A stretch of 64,000 nt of DNA from Alphaproteobacteria bacterium UBA6178 (GCA_002422205.1 DITS01000033.1:4083-68082); one strand, 5' to 3'. Positions 26,085 through 37,613 are shown, numbered from the stretch's first letter. Made by a program: numbers and translations. Notes: generated by a model not told the origin, from the sequence alone.

Positions 26085-27448
26085 GCTTTCCCCCGTTTCA
26101 GTCCGCGCATTTGCAGGGTGCTCACATCGGGTATTTTGGCGCCGTCTTCATGACGCAAAACCAGTACAAGCTGCAATCGGCATTCATCGTAGAATTTGTG
26201 AAATTGTTGCATCACCTCGTCACGTGACAGGGTGGGATGTTGTTGTTTGACCCGATCGACTATCTCATCGATGGAGCGTTTACCATCAATGGCTTCCAGC
26301 AGATCGGCTGTGGTTTCATGCAAGGTGAAAGTGACATGTATGGGATAATTAGGAAATGCGAAGGTGGCTTTTTCTTCTTTTGTATTTCGCATCACATTGG
26401 CTGTGTCTTTCGCTGTGCTAGGCGCAATGGCTGATACCATTGAAATACTCGGAATAAGTGATGTATCTTCAATTGTCAGCTCCTCAGGCACTGGCCCATT
26501 TGTCACATAAAATGTTTGTTTGCTGTTTAAACCAAATAGCAAATCAGCGACATGCTGCTGATCAGGAATGGGTATGGTTTTGGCCTGCGCCACAAATTCA
26601 GGATCAGTAATATGTATCGCGGGGTTCAGTAATACTTCCTGATGATTTTCGCCAAAAACAAATTCGGCGAAAGTGCCGCCACAATTTTTTACCCATTCAT
26701 AGGTTTGGGGGATGGTATAGGCGCGATCCTGCGTGTGCAGTAACAAATCAAAAATGCCGCTATCGCCGAAATGCAAAATGTCATGCATGGTATAGTTATG
26801 CATATGCCATAGCCAGTTACTCTCTGGTAAATGGTCGATAATGGTGCGCGCCAGATTTATTTGCTCATCAATGGGATCGTTTTTTTTATCAAGCAATTCA
26901 TTCAATAATGCTTGCATGTGGTAGATGCCGGTGCGGCCTGTTTGTGCGTAGACCATGACGCCCAATATGCCACCGGGTTTGAGTGCGCCGATTAATGTGC
27001 GCAACCCCTCATCGGGATCGGCCAGATGGTGCAGCACACCCGAGCAGCTAATGAAATCAAACTCACCCAAATTCAGTTTTGGAATATCGAGCAATGATTC
27101 ATTGAGGTAAGTGATATTGGTGAGGCCACGAATTTCAGCGCGTCTCTTGGCGATTGCCTGCGAGGCAGAGGACATGTCGAGCGAGACCACTTCGCCGCCG
27201 AATTCGCTGAGCTGTTCAGCCATAAATACGGATGCGTCACCGGTACCATCGCCTGCGCTTAACGCGCGGAAGCCTTTGAAGTTGGCGCGCCCACGATAGA
27301 AGCGATGATTCAAATAATCTAACCGATCAAAGAGTGTCACGCTCAGGCGTTTATATTCATCTTCCGCATCGCATGGCGGGTAGGGCAATGCTTCATATTG
27401 CTCGCGGACTTTGGGGAGGTAGTTGGGTGCGGTTGCTTGTTGTGCCAT
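26081..27448 (-). CDS. class I SAM-dependent methyltransferase with a C-terminal PqqD/RRE-like domain (paralogue A)
   Basis: Collinear paralogue of 24735-26084, with a 4-nt overlap. Its C-terminus reads TFTLHETTADLLEAIDGKRSIDEIVDRVKQQHP.LSRDEVMQQF. Confidence 0.8.
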   Translation of the reverse strand: MAQQATAPNYLPKVREQYEALPYPPCDAEDEYKRLSVTLFDRLDYLNHRFYRGRANFKGFRALSAGDGTGDASVFMAEQLSEFGGEVVSLDMSSASQAIAKRRAEIRGLTNITYLNESLLDIPKLNLGEFDFISCSGVLHHLADPDEGLRTLIGALKPGGILGVMVYAQTGRTGIYHMQALLNELLDKKNDPIDEQINLARTIIDHLPESNWLWHMHNYTMHDILHFGDSGIFDLLLHTQDRAYTIPQTYEWVKNCGGTFAEFVFGENHQEVLLNPAIHITDPEFVAQAKTIPIPDQQHVADLLFGLNSKQTFYVTNGPVPEELTIEDTSLIPSISMVSAIAPSTAKDTANVMRNTKEEKATFAFPNYPIHVTFTLHETTADLLEAIDGKRSIDEIVDRVKQQHPTLSRDEVMQQFHKFYDECRLQLVLVLRHEDGAKIPDVSTLQMRGLKRGKA

Positions 27449-27470
27449 GCTGTTATCTATCTTTTATACT

Positions 27471-27505
27471 CAGGCCGGACCCCGTCATGAAGACGGGGTG
27501 ACAGG
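27471..27505. repeat. hairpin repeat CAGGCCGGACCCCGTCATGAAGACGGGGTGACAGG
   Basis: Lies between purL and the methyltransferase pair. It is the twin of the copy inside the trmJ-like gene. Confidence 0.85.
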
Positions 27506-27511
27506 CTTTCG

Positions 27512-29737
<2,226 letters not shown>

Positions 29738-29827
29738 GCGGTGTCATTGCCTTCGTTTGATGAAGGCCGCAGCATAGCAATATGCCCGCGTTTGACAAGC
29801 GGGATTGCATGGAATTACAGGAGAAAA

Positions 29828-30094
29828 TTAGCCGATTTGGGTGGTGTCTCGGATTTCATTGGCAGCGTAGCTGGTAGAGGGCGCGAGGCTCGTTGCTTCG
29901 ATGGACGAGGCTTTGCTTACACCGGCATTGGCTACATCAATTCCGGCTTTGGCAGAGGCATAGGCACCGCCCATTAATTCCTGCAGGGTATCCATGAAGA
30001 TATCCGGCACGCCATATTGACTAGCGGTATCGATGCTAGCGCGACAAAAATTTACGGCATTCGCCAAATTAATAGGCTGAATCGCTGCTCCCAT
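29828..30094 (-). CDS. orphan hypothetical protein (88 aa)
   Basis: The start is set at MGAAIQP (ATG 30094), which is preceded by GGGAGG. It lies between purQ and purL. Confidence 0.45.
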   Translation of the reverse strand: MGAAIQPINLANAVNFCRASIDTASQYGVPDIFMDTLQELMGGAYASAKAGIDVANAGVSKASSIEATSLAPSTSYAANEIRDTTQIG

Positions 30095-30149
30095 TATGCT
30101 TGCCTCCCTAATCACCTTCATACGGGTGATTTTATCTTTTTATCTTACC

Positions 30150-30167
30150 CTGAATATAGCATGAAAA
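30150..30167 (-). promoter_or_regulatory. weaker Pho-box-like direct repeat upstream of orphan 29828-30094
   Basis: In gene sense: TTTTCATGCTATATTCAG, 56 nt from ATG 30094. Confidence 0.3.
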
Positions 30168-30240
30168 GTATTAAAAATATATTAAGTTTATGGTGGGTTT
30201 ATGGGTGGGATTTTAATCAAATGCTAGGGAATTTGGTAGG

Positions 30241-30562
30241 TGGATTCTAGAGTTCAGATTTCAGATTTCAGAGTTCAGAAAGGTGTCATCCCGTCGCATG
30301 GCGGGGTCTGCTTTAAGTGAAGGAAGGCCGGATGCCGTGATGAACACGGCATGACAAAAAACGGAAATGTCAGAGTTTAGAGTTAAGAAAGGTGTCACCC
30401 CGTCGTATGACGGGGTCTGGTCGGCCTAGGAGGAAGCAAGGCCGGACTCCGTAACAAGTACGGGGTGACGGTGTGGGGCTTCTTTGCGTTGTCATACCCG
30501 CGGAAGCGGGTATCCAGTAAGGGAAGTATGGCTGGATTCCCGCTTTCGCGGGTATGGCAAGA
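30241..30562. repeat. dense array of repeats (heptamer tandems + four GTCAY...RTGAC hairpins, including a 68-bp composite at 30491-30558)
   Basis: TCTAGAGTTCAGATTTCAGATTTCAGAGTTCAGA; GTGTCATCCCGTCGCATGGCGGGGTC; GTGTCACCCCGTCGTATGACGGGGTC; GTCATACCCGCGGAAGCGGGTAT...ATTCCCGCTTTCGCGGGTATGGC. Confidence 0.8.
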
Positions 30563-30587
30563 TTAAAATACCGAGGCTAATGCAAAA

Positions 30588-31277
30588 TTAATGGAAGCGT
30601 TTGAGGAGGGATGTAAACATGGCCTGACCATCGGTGCCGCCGGTGGCAGCGTCGGCATGGCGCTCAGGGTGGGGCATGAGGCCGAGGATGTTTTTGCGCT
30701 CGTTGAAAATGCCCGCGATATTAGCGCGTGAGCCATTGGGATTAGACAGGGGCGAAATATCACCATTGTCTTCGCAATAGCGGAAGGCAATCTGGCCGTT
30801 ATCCTGCATGCGTTTGATCGTGTCATCATCGGCATAGTAATTACCTTCGTGATGGGCGATGGGGATGGAGATAACCTGCCCTTGCTGATAGTCGGCGGTA
30901 TAAGGCGAATCGGTGGTTTCGACGCGCAAATTGACCGGCTTGCAATTGAATTTGAGGTGGTCGTTGCGCATGAGGGTGCCGGGGAGCATGCGGGTTTCGC
31001 ATAGAATCTGGAAGCCGTTGCAAATGCCCAGCACATGGCCACCATTATCGGCGTAGGTACGCACGCTTTGCATGATGGGTGAATGCGCGGCCATGGCACC
31101 GCAGCGCAGATAATCGCCATAGGTGAAACCGCCGGGGACGATGATGAGGTCGAGGCCGTCGGGCAGTTCGGAGTCGCCATGCCAGATCATTTGCGGGTTC
31201 ATGCCTTCACGCTCGAGGGTGGTGAAAGCATCGCGTTCGCAATTGGAGCCGGGGAACTGGATGACGGCTGATTTCAT
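30588..31277 (-). CDS. purQ: phosphoribosylformylglycinamidine synthase subunit PurQ
   Basis: MKSAVIQFPGSNCERD..., GICNGFQIL, and MPHPER. Confidence 0.95.
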   Translation of the reverse strand: MKSAVIQFPGSNCERDAFTTLEREGMNPQMIWHGDSELPDGLDLIIVPGGFTYGDYLRCGAMAAHSPIMQSVRTYADNGGHVLGICNGFQILCETRMLPGTLMRNDHLKFNCKPVNLRVETTDSPYTADYQQGQVISIPIAHHEGNYYADDDTIKRMQDNGQIAFRYCEDNGDISPLSNPNGSRANIAGIFNERKNILGLMPHPERHADAATGGTDGQAMFTSLLKRFH

Positions 31278-31279
31278 GG

Positions 31280-31522
31280 TTAGTCTACTAATTCAAACTG
31301 GTAGTTTTCGACGACGGTATTGGCGAGTAGTTTTTCGCACATTTCTTTGAGCTGGGCTGAGGCTTTGTCGTGACTGGTTTCGTCGAGAGCCAGCTCGATA
31401 TATTTGCCCTGACGCACCTGATTAATGCCGGAAAAGCCCAGATGGTCTAGTGCGTTTTCGATGGCTTTGCCTTGCGGATCGAGGACGCCGTTTTTTAAGG
31501 TGATATGGATTTTTGCTTTCAT
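31280..31522 (-). CDS. purS: phosphoribosylformylglycinamidine synthase subunit PurS
   Basis: 80 aa; MKAKIHITLKNGVLDPQGKAIENAL... Confidence 0.9.
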   Translation of the reverse strand: MKAKIHITLKNGVLDPQGKAIENALDHLGFSGINQVRQGKYIELALDETSHDKASAQLKEMCEKLLANTVVENYQFELVD

Positions 31523-31552
31523 AAACTCTTACCCGTTGTGGCTGTGATCGCC

Positions 31553-32392
31553 TTATTTTTTACGGCCAGTGCTGCCTTTGGGGGCGGCTTTGCGTGTTGG
31601 TGCCGGTTTTTTAGCGGGCGCTTTGCGCTTTGTCGACGGCTTTTTTGCGCTTGAGGTATCCAGCACTTCGGCACCGACGAGCACGCCTAAGCGACGCGCG
31701 ACTTCGCGGTAATAGTCGCCGACTTTGCCTAAATCGCGGCGGAAGCGGTCTTTATCCATTTTTTCGCCGGATTCGATGTCCCACAGGCGGCAGGTGTCGG
31801 GGCTGATTTCGTCTGCCAATACGATGGAGACGGTGTCTTCGGTGTAAACGCGGCCAAATTCCAGTTTCATATCGACCAGCTTAATGCCAACGCCCATGAA
31901 CAAACCGCTGAGAAAATCATTGATGCGTAAAGCGTAGTGATGAATCTCATCCAGTTCAATGGGTTCGCAAATGTCGAATGCGAAAATATGCGATTCGGCA
32001 ATGAACGGATCGCCCAGTTGATCTGATTTGAGGCAAAATTCGACCAAGGGCAGGCCGATGGGCTCGCCCTCGACGGCTTTGAAACGCTCGGCGAAGCTGC
32101 CAGCCGCGTAGTTGCGCACGATCACTTCGAGTGGAATGATTTCGACAGCGTGCACCAACTGCTCGCGCATATTGATATTGCGGATGAAGTGTGTGGGGAC
32201 GCCCATTTCGCCCAGCTTGGTCATCAGCAATTCGGTGATGCGGTTGTTGATGACGCCCTTGCCGCTGATGCTACCGTGCTTTTTGCCGTTGAAGGCGGTG
32301 GCATCATCTTTGAAATGCTGGATTAACGTGCCTGGCTCCGGCCCTTCAAATAATTTTTTGGCTTTGCCTTCATAGATCGGTTTTTTGCTCAT
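31553..32392 (-). CDS. purC: phosphoribosylaminoimidazole-succinocarboxamide synthase (with a basic A/K/P-rich C-terminal tail)
   Basis: [31 protein letters not shown]..., plus an extra tail [33 protein letters not shown]. Confidence 0.95.
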   Translation of the reverse strand: MSKKPIYEGKAKKLFEGPEPGTLIQHFKDDATAFNGKKHGSISGKGVINNRITELLMTKLGEMGVPTHFIRNINMREQLVHAVEIIPLEVIVRNYAAGSFAERFKAVEGEPIGLPLVEFCLKSDQLGDPFIAESHIFAFDICEPIELDEIHHYALRINDFLSGLFMGVGIKLVDMKLEFGRVYTEDTVSIVLADEISPDTCRLWDIESGEKMDKDRFRRDLGKVGDYYREVARRLGVLVGAEVLDTSSAKKPSTKRKAPAKKPAPTRKAAPKGSTGRKK

Positions 32393-32565
32393 TATGGCTA
32401 CAATTTCTCATGGTTAACGCAATAGCGCCTTTGTAATGAATAAGCTTTCAAGACGCAAATTATTTTATGGATGCGTCAGCATGGCAGGTTGCTGTTGACT
32501 TTTTGCTTTGCCCCCGCCATCTAATCCGCCATAATTATATTAACAGATATTAAGCAGGAGATGCT

Positions 32566-32889
32566 ATGACCACTTTTGATGATCGCGAACAATCCTTTGA
32601 ACGCAAATTTGCCCATGATCAGGAATTGCAGTTTAAAGTGATGGCGCGCCGTAACAAATTGCTGGGTATCTGGGCTGCTGGCCAGCTTGGCAAAAGCCCT
32701 GATGACATTGATGCGTATGCTAAATCGGTCGTAGTGTCGGATTTTGCTGAGCCGGGGGATGATGACGTGCTGCGCAAAGTACTGGCTGATTTGCAAGGAG
32801 GGGGTGTGGATATTGACCGCCCGCAGCTGCGCCAGAAAATGGATATGCTGATGCGCGAAGCCATGGATCAGATGACGCGCGAAGCGTAG
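32566..32889 (+). CDS. DUF1476 protein (F1-ATPase inhibitor zeta-subunit family)
   Basis: MTTFDDREQSFERKFAHDQELQFKVMARRNKLLGIWAA... is typical of the family. Confidence 0.8.
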   Translation: MTTFDDREQSFERKFAHDQELQFKVMARRNKLLGIWAAGQLGKSPDDIDAYAKSVVVSDFAEPGDDDVLRKVLADLQGGGVDIDRPQLRQKMDMLMREAMDQMTREA

Positions 32890-32909
32890 CTTTTTCAGCT
32901 TGTAGTTTT

Positions 32910-33698
32910 TTAATCGTAGATAACGCCGGTTTTCACCGAGGCGCTGCAGACCCGGGATTTGACATTGCGTGGGTAGACGGCGGTGTCCGGATCGGTGGTG
33001 GTGGTGCAACTACCATTGCGTGGGGCAGCGATGACTCTACCATAACCGGGGAGCCCATCGTCCATTTTGGTGTCGATATTCCATAACTCTTTAGGGGTAA
33101 AATCATAGACAGCGGATGTGTTACCACCGATGGTGCGAATAATATGACCATAATCGCTAGGAAAGTTATGGGTTGAGCTGTAATTGCCGAAAAATTGGAT
33201 AGCATAATAATTATCCAGGGGCGTTGCAGGGGCATTGATACCCGGGACATAATGATTTTCGTTATTTGGCCCAGTGACACCGCTATAGACGCCCTCAATT
33301 AATCCGGCGTTGGCCAGATGCTGCCATGCGCGGAAGCGTTCATAAATCGTGGCGCCGGTATGTACGGTGCTGTGGATGCGGCGGTTGCCATCCCCATTGC
33401 ATGTTTCTTTGCGTGGGGTTTGCACGGCGTTGCTGGGGCAGCCATGCGGGTCGGTGCCCCACACCTCCTCGGCATTCGGCATGTCGCCAGGAATAGCGTG
33501 ATAGTTATCGATAAAGGTGAAGAGTGCAATACGGATGGTTTCATAATCCTTGGTGTAACCGCGTAATTCAGCGCCGCGTATCAGCGCTTTTCCGCCCATG
33601 AGGCCGCCCATCAATAAGCCGATAATTACTAACACTATGCTGAGTTCGACCAGCGTGAAGCCTTGGGTGGATTGTCGTGTGGAGAGCATCCTTTGCAT
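32910..33698 (-). CDS. prepilin-type N-terminal cleavage/methylation domain protein (262 aa)
   Basis: ...STQG/FTLVELSIVLVIIGLLMGG is a class III signal with Glu+5. It is a paralogue of 33760-34545. Confidence 0.75.
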   Translation of the reverse strand: MQRMLSTRQSTQGFTLVELSIVLVIIGLLMGGLMGGKALIRGAELRGYTKDYETIRIALFTFIDNYHAIPGDMPNAEEVWGTDPHGCPSNAVQTPRKETCNGDGNRRIHSTVHTGATIYERFRAWQHLANAGLIEGVYSGVTGPNNENHYVPGINAPATPLDNYYAIQFFGNYSSTHNFPSDYGHIIRTIGGNTSAVYDFTPKELWNIDTKMDDGLPGYGRVIAAPRNGSCTTTTDPDTAVYPRNVKSRVCSASVKTGVIYD

Positions 33699-33759
33699 CC
33701 GTACAGTATAATATTTTTAAGGTAATGCTACAATATGAATCAGGGTTATGCCGATAAAT

Positions 33760-34545
33760 TTAAATTATATCTCTGAAATATAGCGCACAGCGAATCGCGC
33801 TGTCGCTGAGTTTGTAACTGGCATTCAGGTCGTTATTGGCGTGGGTTCCGTCATCGGCGGCGGCGCATAAATTATTCCAGAAGCGGGCAATGATTTTGCC
33901 GTAAGCGGGGCGTCCATCATCCACTTTTGTATCGATGTTCCATGCCTCCTCAGGTTTGAGAAGCGGGGCGTAGGGCAGGTTGTTGGTTGTCGCTGCGCCT
34001 AAGATAAAATAATTGTTGTAGACCACGGCGTATTGTTCGGTATCACCCCCGCCAGTAAAGGAGGAATGTAGCCCCCATGCCCCATTGCCTATTTTAGATT
34101 TCGGGGCATTCACGGCTGCTGAGACATGATGCGTGGTGCTGCCGGAAAGACCGCTGTAACTTCCTTCAATGAGGCCCGCTAATGCCAGTTGCTTCCAGAA
34201 TTGGTGGCGTTCTCCGGTTGCGCCGGCAGAGGCGGCGGCGGCGATATTGCCATCGCCATTGCCATTGCAGGTGCCGGGCGTTGCCGCTGTGCCGGTATCG
34301 CCGGTGCAGGCGGCGTTATCCTTGCCCCAGAATTTGGTGGCGTCTTTGAAGTCGCCGGGGATGGCGAAATATTTGTCCTGAAAGGTTTTAATCGCGGCGT
34401 GATACTGCGCTAATTCGGTGGATACGCTGCGCAATTCGGCGGCGCGGATGAGGGACTGACCGGATAATATGCCGCCGGTGAGCAATCCGAGAATGACCAG
34501 TACGATCGAGAGTTCTACCAGTGAGAAGCCGTGCGTGGATTTCAT
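33760..34545 (-). CDS. prepilin-type N-terminal cleavage/methylation domain protein (261 aa)
   Basis: MKSTHG/FSLVELSIVLVILGLLTGG. It shares the motifs AIPGD, WG.D...C....TCNGNGD, GLIEG.YSG and WNIDTK.DDG.P.YG with its neighbour. Confidence 0.75.
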   Translation of the reverse strand: MKSTHGFSLVELSIVLVILGLLTGGILSGQSLIRAAELRSVSTELAQYHAAIKTFQDKYFAIPGDFKDATKFWGKDNAACTGDTGTAATPGTCNGNGDGNIAAAASAGATGERHQFWKQLALAGLIEGSYSGLSGSTTHHVSAAVNAPKSKIGNGAWGLHSSFTGGGDTEQYAVVYNNYFILGAATTNNLPYAPLLKPEEAWNIDTKVDDGRPAYGKIIARFWNNLCAAADDGTHANNDLNASYKLSDSAIRCALYFRDII

Positions 34546-34831
34546 ATTTTTTGCCCCGAAAATGGATGGGATGACTCTTCAGTATTTAAGCATAAATGCC
34601 TTATCTTATACTAGCGCTTTATATTTAAGAATTAGTAAAGAATGGTTGCTTGCCGACGCATTTTTGAGGGTGGTTTTCAAGGAAATGGTGAGTGAGGCAT
34701 GGCCGTATTCGTGACCTAATTGTCACATTGGGGCGCATTTATGCACAGGCGGCGATTTTGCTACAAAATGTGGTTGTCAGGATACAGGCGGGGCTATATA
34801 TAGTGTTTGTAACAAAGCAAAACAACAAACT

Positions 34832-35596
34832 GTGGCGTTAACCGAAATATACATGGAAGCAGTGTTAAGCAAACCAAGCGGCTTTACAGATCAGCTTACC
34901 TTCCTTGGGCAGTGCCTGCGGAAGTGGTGGTCAGTCCAATCGAGTGGGTATGCACAGGAGGTTCATGGGCAGGTGAGTGCTGCGGCAACGGAGGATACCC
35001 GCCAGATTGCGTTTACCTTTGCCATTATTGCGCTGGCAGCTAAGCTGGCGCAGGTGGATGGGGTGGTGTCGAAGCAGAGTTACTGGGCGTTTCGGGAAGT
35101 ATTTCCGATGCAGGCCAGTGAAGACACCAAGATTCGTTCGCTGTTTTTGATGGCGATGAATGAGCAATCGCAACCCGATCAGTATGTACGCCAGATTGTG
35201 CGGCTGTTTCCGGGGCGGATCTCGCTGTATCGCGAAATCGTCAACCGCCTACTGAAGGTGGCGACGGCGGATTCGGGATTGAGTGCGGGACAGATGGATT
35301 ATATGCAGCGCGTGGCCCTGAAGCTGGGTTTGTCGCGACGTGAATGGAAGAAAATGGCGGATAGTTTTAGTGCGCCCCGACAGACCGATCCGTATGCGGT
35401 GTTAGGGATTTCGCGCACAGCTGACGCCGCAGAGTTGAAGGCTGCGCACCGCGAATTGGTGCGTGCGCATCATCCGGACCGGTTTGCCTCGCAAGGGGCG
35501 TCGACTGAGACACTGGAGATGCTCGCCGCGCGCATGGCAGAGATTAATGCTGCTTATGATGAGGTGCGGCGAATGAGGCCTAAAAAAGGCGCGTAA
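34832..35596 (+). CDS. J-domain protein with a TerB-like N-terminal domain (DjlA-like co-chaperone)
   Basis: The C-terminal DPYAVLGISRTADAAELKAAHRELVRAHHPDR contains the HPD motif. The start is uncertain (GTG 34832 or ATG 34853). Confidence 0.7.
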   Translation: MALTEIYMEAVLSKPSGFTDQLTFLGQCLRKWWSVQSSGYAQEVHGQVSAAATEDTRQIAFTFAIIALAAKLAQVDGVVSKQSYWAFREVFPMQASEDTKIRSLFLMAMNEQSQPDQYVRQIVRLFPGRISLYREIVNRLLKVATADSGLSAGQMDYMQRVALKLGLSRREWKKMADSFSAPRQTDPYAVLGISRTADAAELKAAHRELVRAHHPDRFASQGASTETLEMLAARMAEINAAYDEVRRMRPKKGA

Positions 35597-35688
35597 CCCT
35601 TAGGGAAACACGCCTTTTTGATACGATATAACCGGTTGAGCCTTTTCATGGTGCATACCGGTGACCAGTTGCTTGCCGAGCGACTTGT

Positions 35689-35719
35689 GGGCTAAAGCTT
35701 GCTTTAGCCCTCTTTTTTT
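35689..35719 (+). terminator. intrinsic terminator
   Basis: GGGCTAAAGC-ttgc-TTTAGCCC followed by TCTTTTTTT, about 90 nt after the J-domain gene stop. Confidence 0.6.
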
Positions 35720-35824
35720 GTTCGGAGAATGACGCTAACACAGCCTGTGGATAAAATCCAGAAAATTTATATGCGGGCTGTTTTTAGCGTGAAGTTTGCA
35801 GCAAATGGCTTTAGAGACTGGCGT

Positions 35825-36715
35825 ATGCAACAGACAAAAAATATGGGCCTTTTTGCTAGCCTCATGGCCATTGGGGTGGCGTTGATATGGGGCGGTAATT
35901 TTGCGGCGTCGAAATATGCCTTGCTGCATTTCCCGCCTTTTTATGTGATCTTCATTCGCTATCTGTTAGTGGTCGTGCTGCTGTTGCCTTTTGCCCGACC
36001 CTCTGGATTGAAAAAATCACAACTATTTACGCTGTCCCTGCTTACCATATCGCTGCATTTTACTCTGGTATTTTCAGCATTATGGCTCGGGTTGAATATT
36101 GGTACCACGGTAGTCGTGATTCAACTGGGGGCGCCATTCAGTTGTTTGTTGGGTGTTATCTTTTTAAAGGACCTGATGGGACCGTGGCGTACCTTTGGTA
36201 TGGTCGTTGCGTTTATTGGAATTATCGTGGTGGCAGGCACACCGGAGGTAGCAGATAACTGGTTCGCATTTTTACTGGCAATAGCGGGGGCTTGTGCGTG
36301 GGCAGGCTCGAATGTGTATCTGAAGACATTGGGGTCAATACCGGTGGTGCCATTATTATTCTGGACGGGTTTATTTTCGTTGCCGCAAACGTTGTGTGTT
36401 TCGCTACTGATTGAACATAATCATATTGCATTGCTTCAAGCAGCGCCAGTAACTGCTTGGTTTGGAATTGTTTATAGTGCGGTATTTTCTACTATGTTAG
36501 GCTATGGGATGTGGTATTGGCTTTTGCGAAACTATAATGTGAGTCAGGTAACGCCGTATTCGTTATTGGTTCCGATTGGCGGGTTTAGCTCTGGCATTAT
36601 CTTTTTTAACGAGCAGCTTACTCTACATATGTTAATTGGTGCTGCCATTACGATTGCTGGTGTTGCGATTATTACAATAAGACGCCCCAAGCTGGTGCCG
36701 GCTCCGCGGGCTTAG
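35825..36715 (+). CDS. EamA/DMT family transporter
   Basis: About 10 TM segments, IWGGNFAASKYAL. The start is set at MQQTKN, downstream of the terminator; the ORF-track start is 35729. Confidence 0.8.
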   Translation: MQQTKNMGLFASLMAIGVALIWGGNFAASKYALLHFPPFYVIFIRYLLVVVLLLPFARPSGLKKSQLFTLSLLTISLHFTLVFSALWLGLNIGTTVVVIQLGAPFSCLLGVIFLKDLMGPWRTFGMVVAFIGIIVVAGTPEVADNWFAFLLAIAGACAWAGSNVYLKTLGSIPVVPLLFWTGLFSLPQTLCVSLLIEHNHIALLQAAPVTAWFGIVYSAVFSTMLGYGMWYWLLRNYNVSQVTPYSLLVPIGGFSSGIIFFNEQLTLHMLIGAAITIAGVAIITIRRPKLVPAPRA

Positions 36716-37596
36716 TGAAGGGAAATGGAGCCTTCCATATCACCGCTGTGACAACGGGTACGGATATAGTCTGCCACGCGATGCGATGCCTGTTTGAAAA
36801 GTGAGCTGGTCTGAACAGCCTGAGCGTAATTCGTATTGGGGTTATCAAAGAAGAATAACATCTTATAGGATTCCGCATGTCCGGGTAAGGCGGAATGGAT
36901 ATAGGCTTGCTGGGTAATGCCGGTAGTATTGCCCAGGGTGTAAGTCAATGCCTCGTGTAATAGCCAGAATGCCTTATTTAATATCGTTGGATCCATGGGT
37001 AAGTGGTCTAACGGTACGGCGATGCATAATTGATGTGCTGCGAATTGGGGCGTGACGGCTAAATCAGGGGCCGCTACTTCCAGTTTTTCGATCGGAAGAT
37101 ATTGCAGGCGCGCATAAAGCTCCGTTGTAACTGCCTGCAACGTTACCCGTTCTTGATCAGCCGTGGTGGTGGCAAAATTATTCAGCCGCTGCATTGTTGA
37201 GCGTGTTGATGGTTGGGACTTTATCGCGGCTAAACGTTCAATAATCTGAGGTATATACTGGCAGAAATTTATAATCTGCATCGGGTTTGCAGGATCAAAA
37301 TATAAGCGAACATGGTGATTATTTTCAGTATCGCTTTCTATGGTAACGGCATGCAATAAATCGGGACGTTCAGCGGAAATAGCCTGATTGAGGATTTCAT
37401 TGAGTTCACTCTCCTGATCAGAGGATAAGGCATGTGGCAGACGATAATCATGCAAAATTTGTCCTTTCGCTGTGACGATATGAGAGTGGGTTTGCCATGT
37501 CTTACAAATGGCAATGGCAAGATCAACCATATTATCAGCAGAATTGCTCGTCACATTGATTTCGGTATTGGGTTTTTTATCGGATGCGTCAGTCAT
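36712..37596 (-). CDS. orphan hypothetical protein (294 aa), distant paralogue of 37614-38510
   Basis: Lies 17 nt downstream of its paralogue. The stop overlaps the EamA stop in TTAG. No family recognised. Confidence 0.6.
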   Translation of the reverse strand: MTDASDKKPNTEINVTSNSADNMVDLAIAICKTWQTHSHIVTAKGQILHDYRLPHALSSDQESELNEILNQAISAERPDLLHAVTIESDTENNHHVRLYFDPANPMQIINFCQYIPQIIERLAAIKSQPSTRSTMQRLNNFATTTADQERVTLQAVTTELYARLQYLPIEKLEVAAPDLAVTPQFAAHQLCIAVPLDHLPMDPTILNKAFWLLHEALTYTLGNTTGITQQAYIHSALPGHAESYKMLFFFDNPNTNYAQAVQTSSLFKQASHRVADYIRTRCHSGDMEGSISLH

Positions 37597-37613
37597 ATCT
37601 TTTCTAAACTAAT

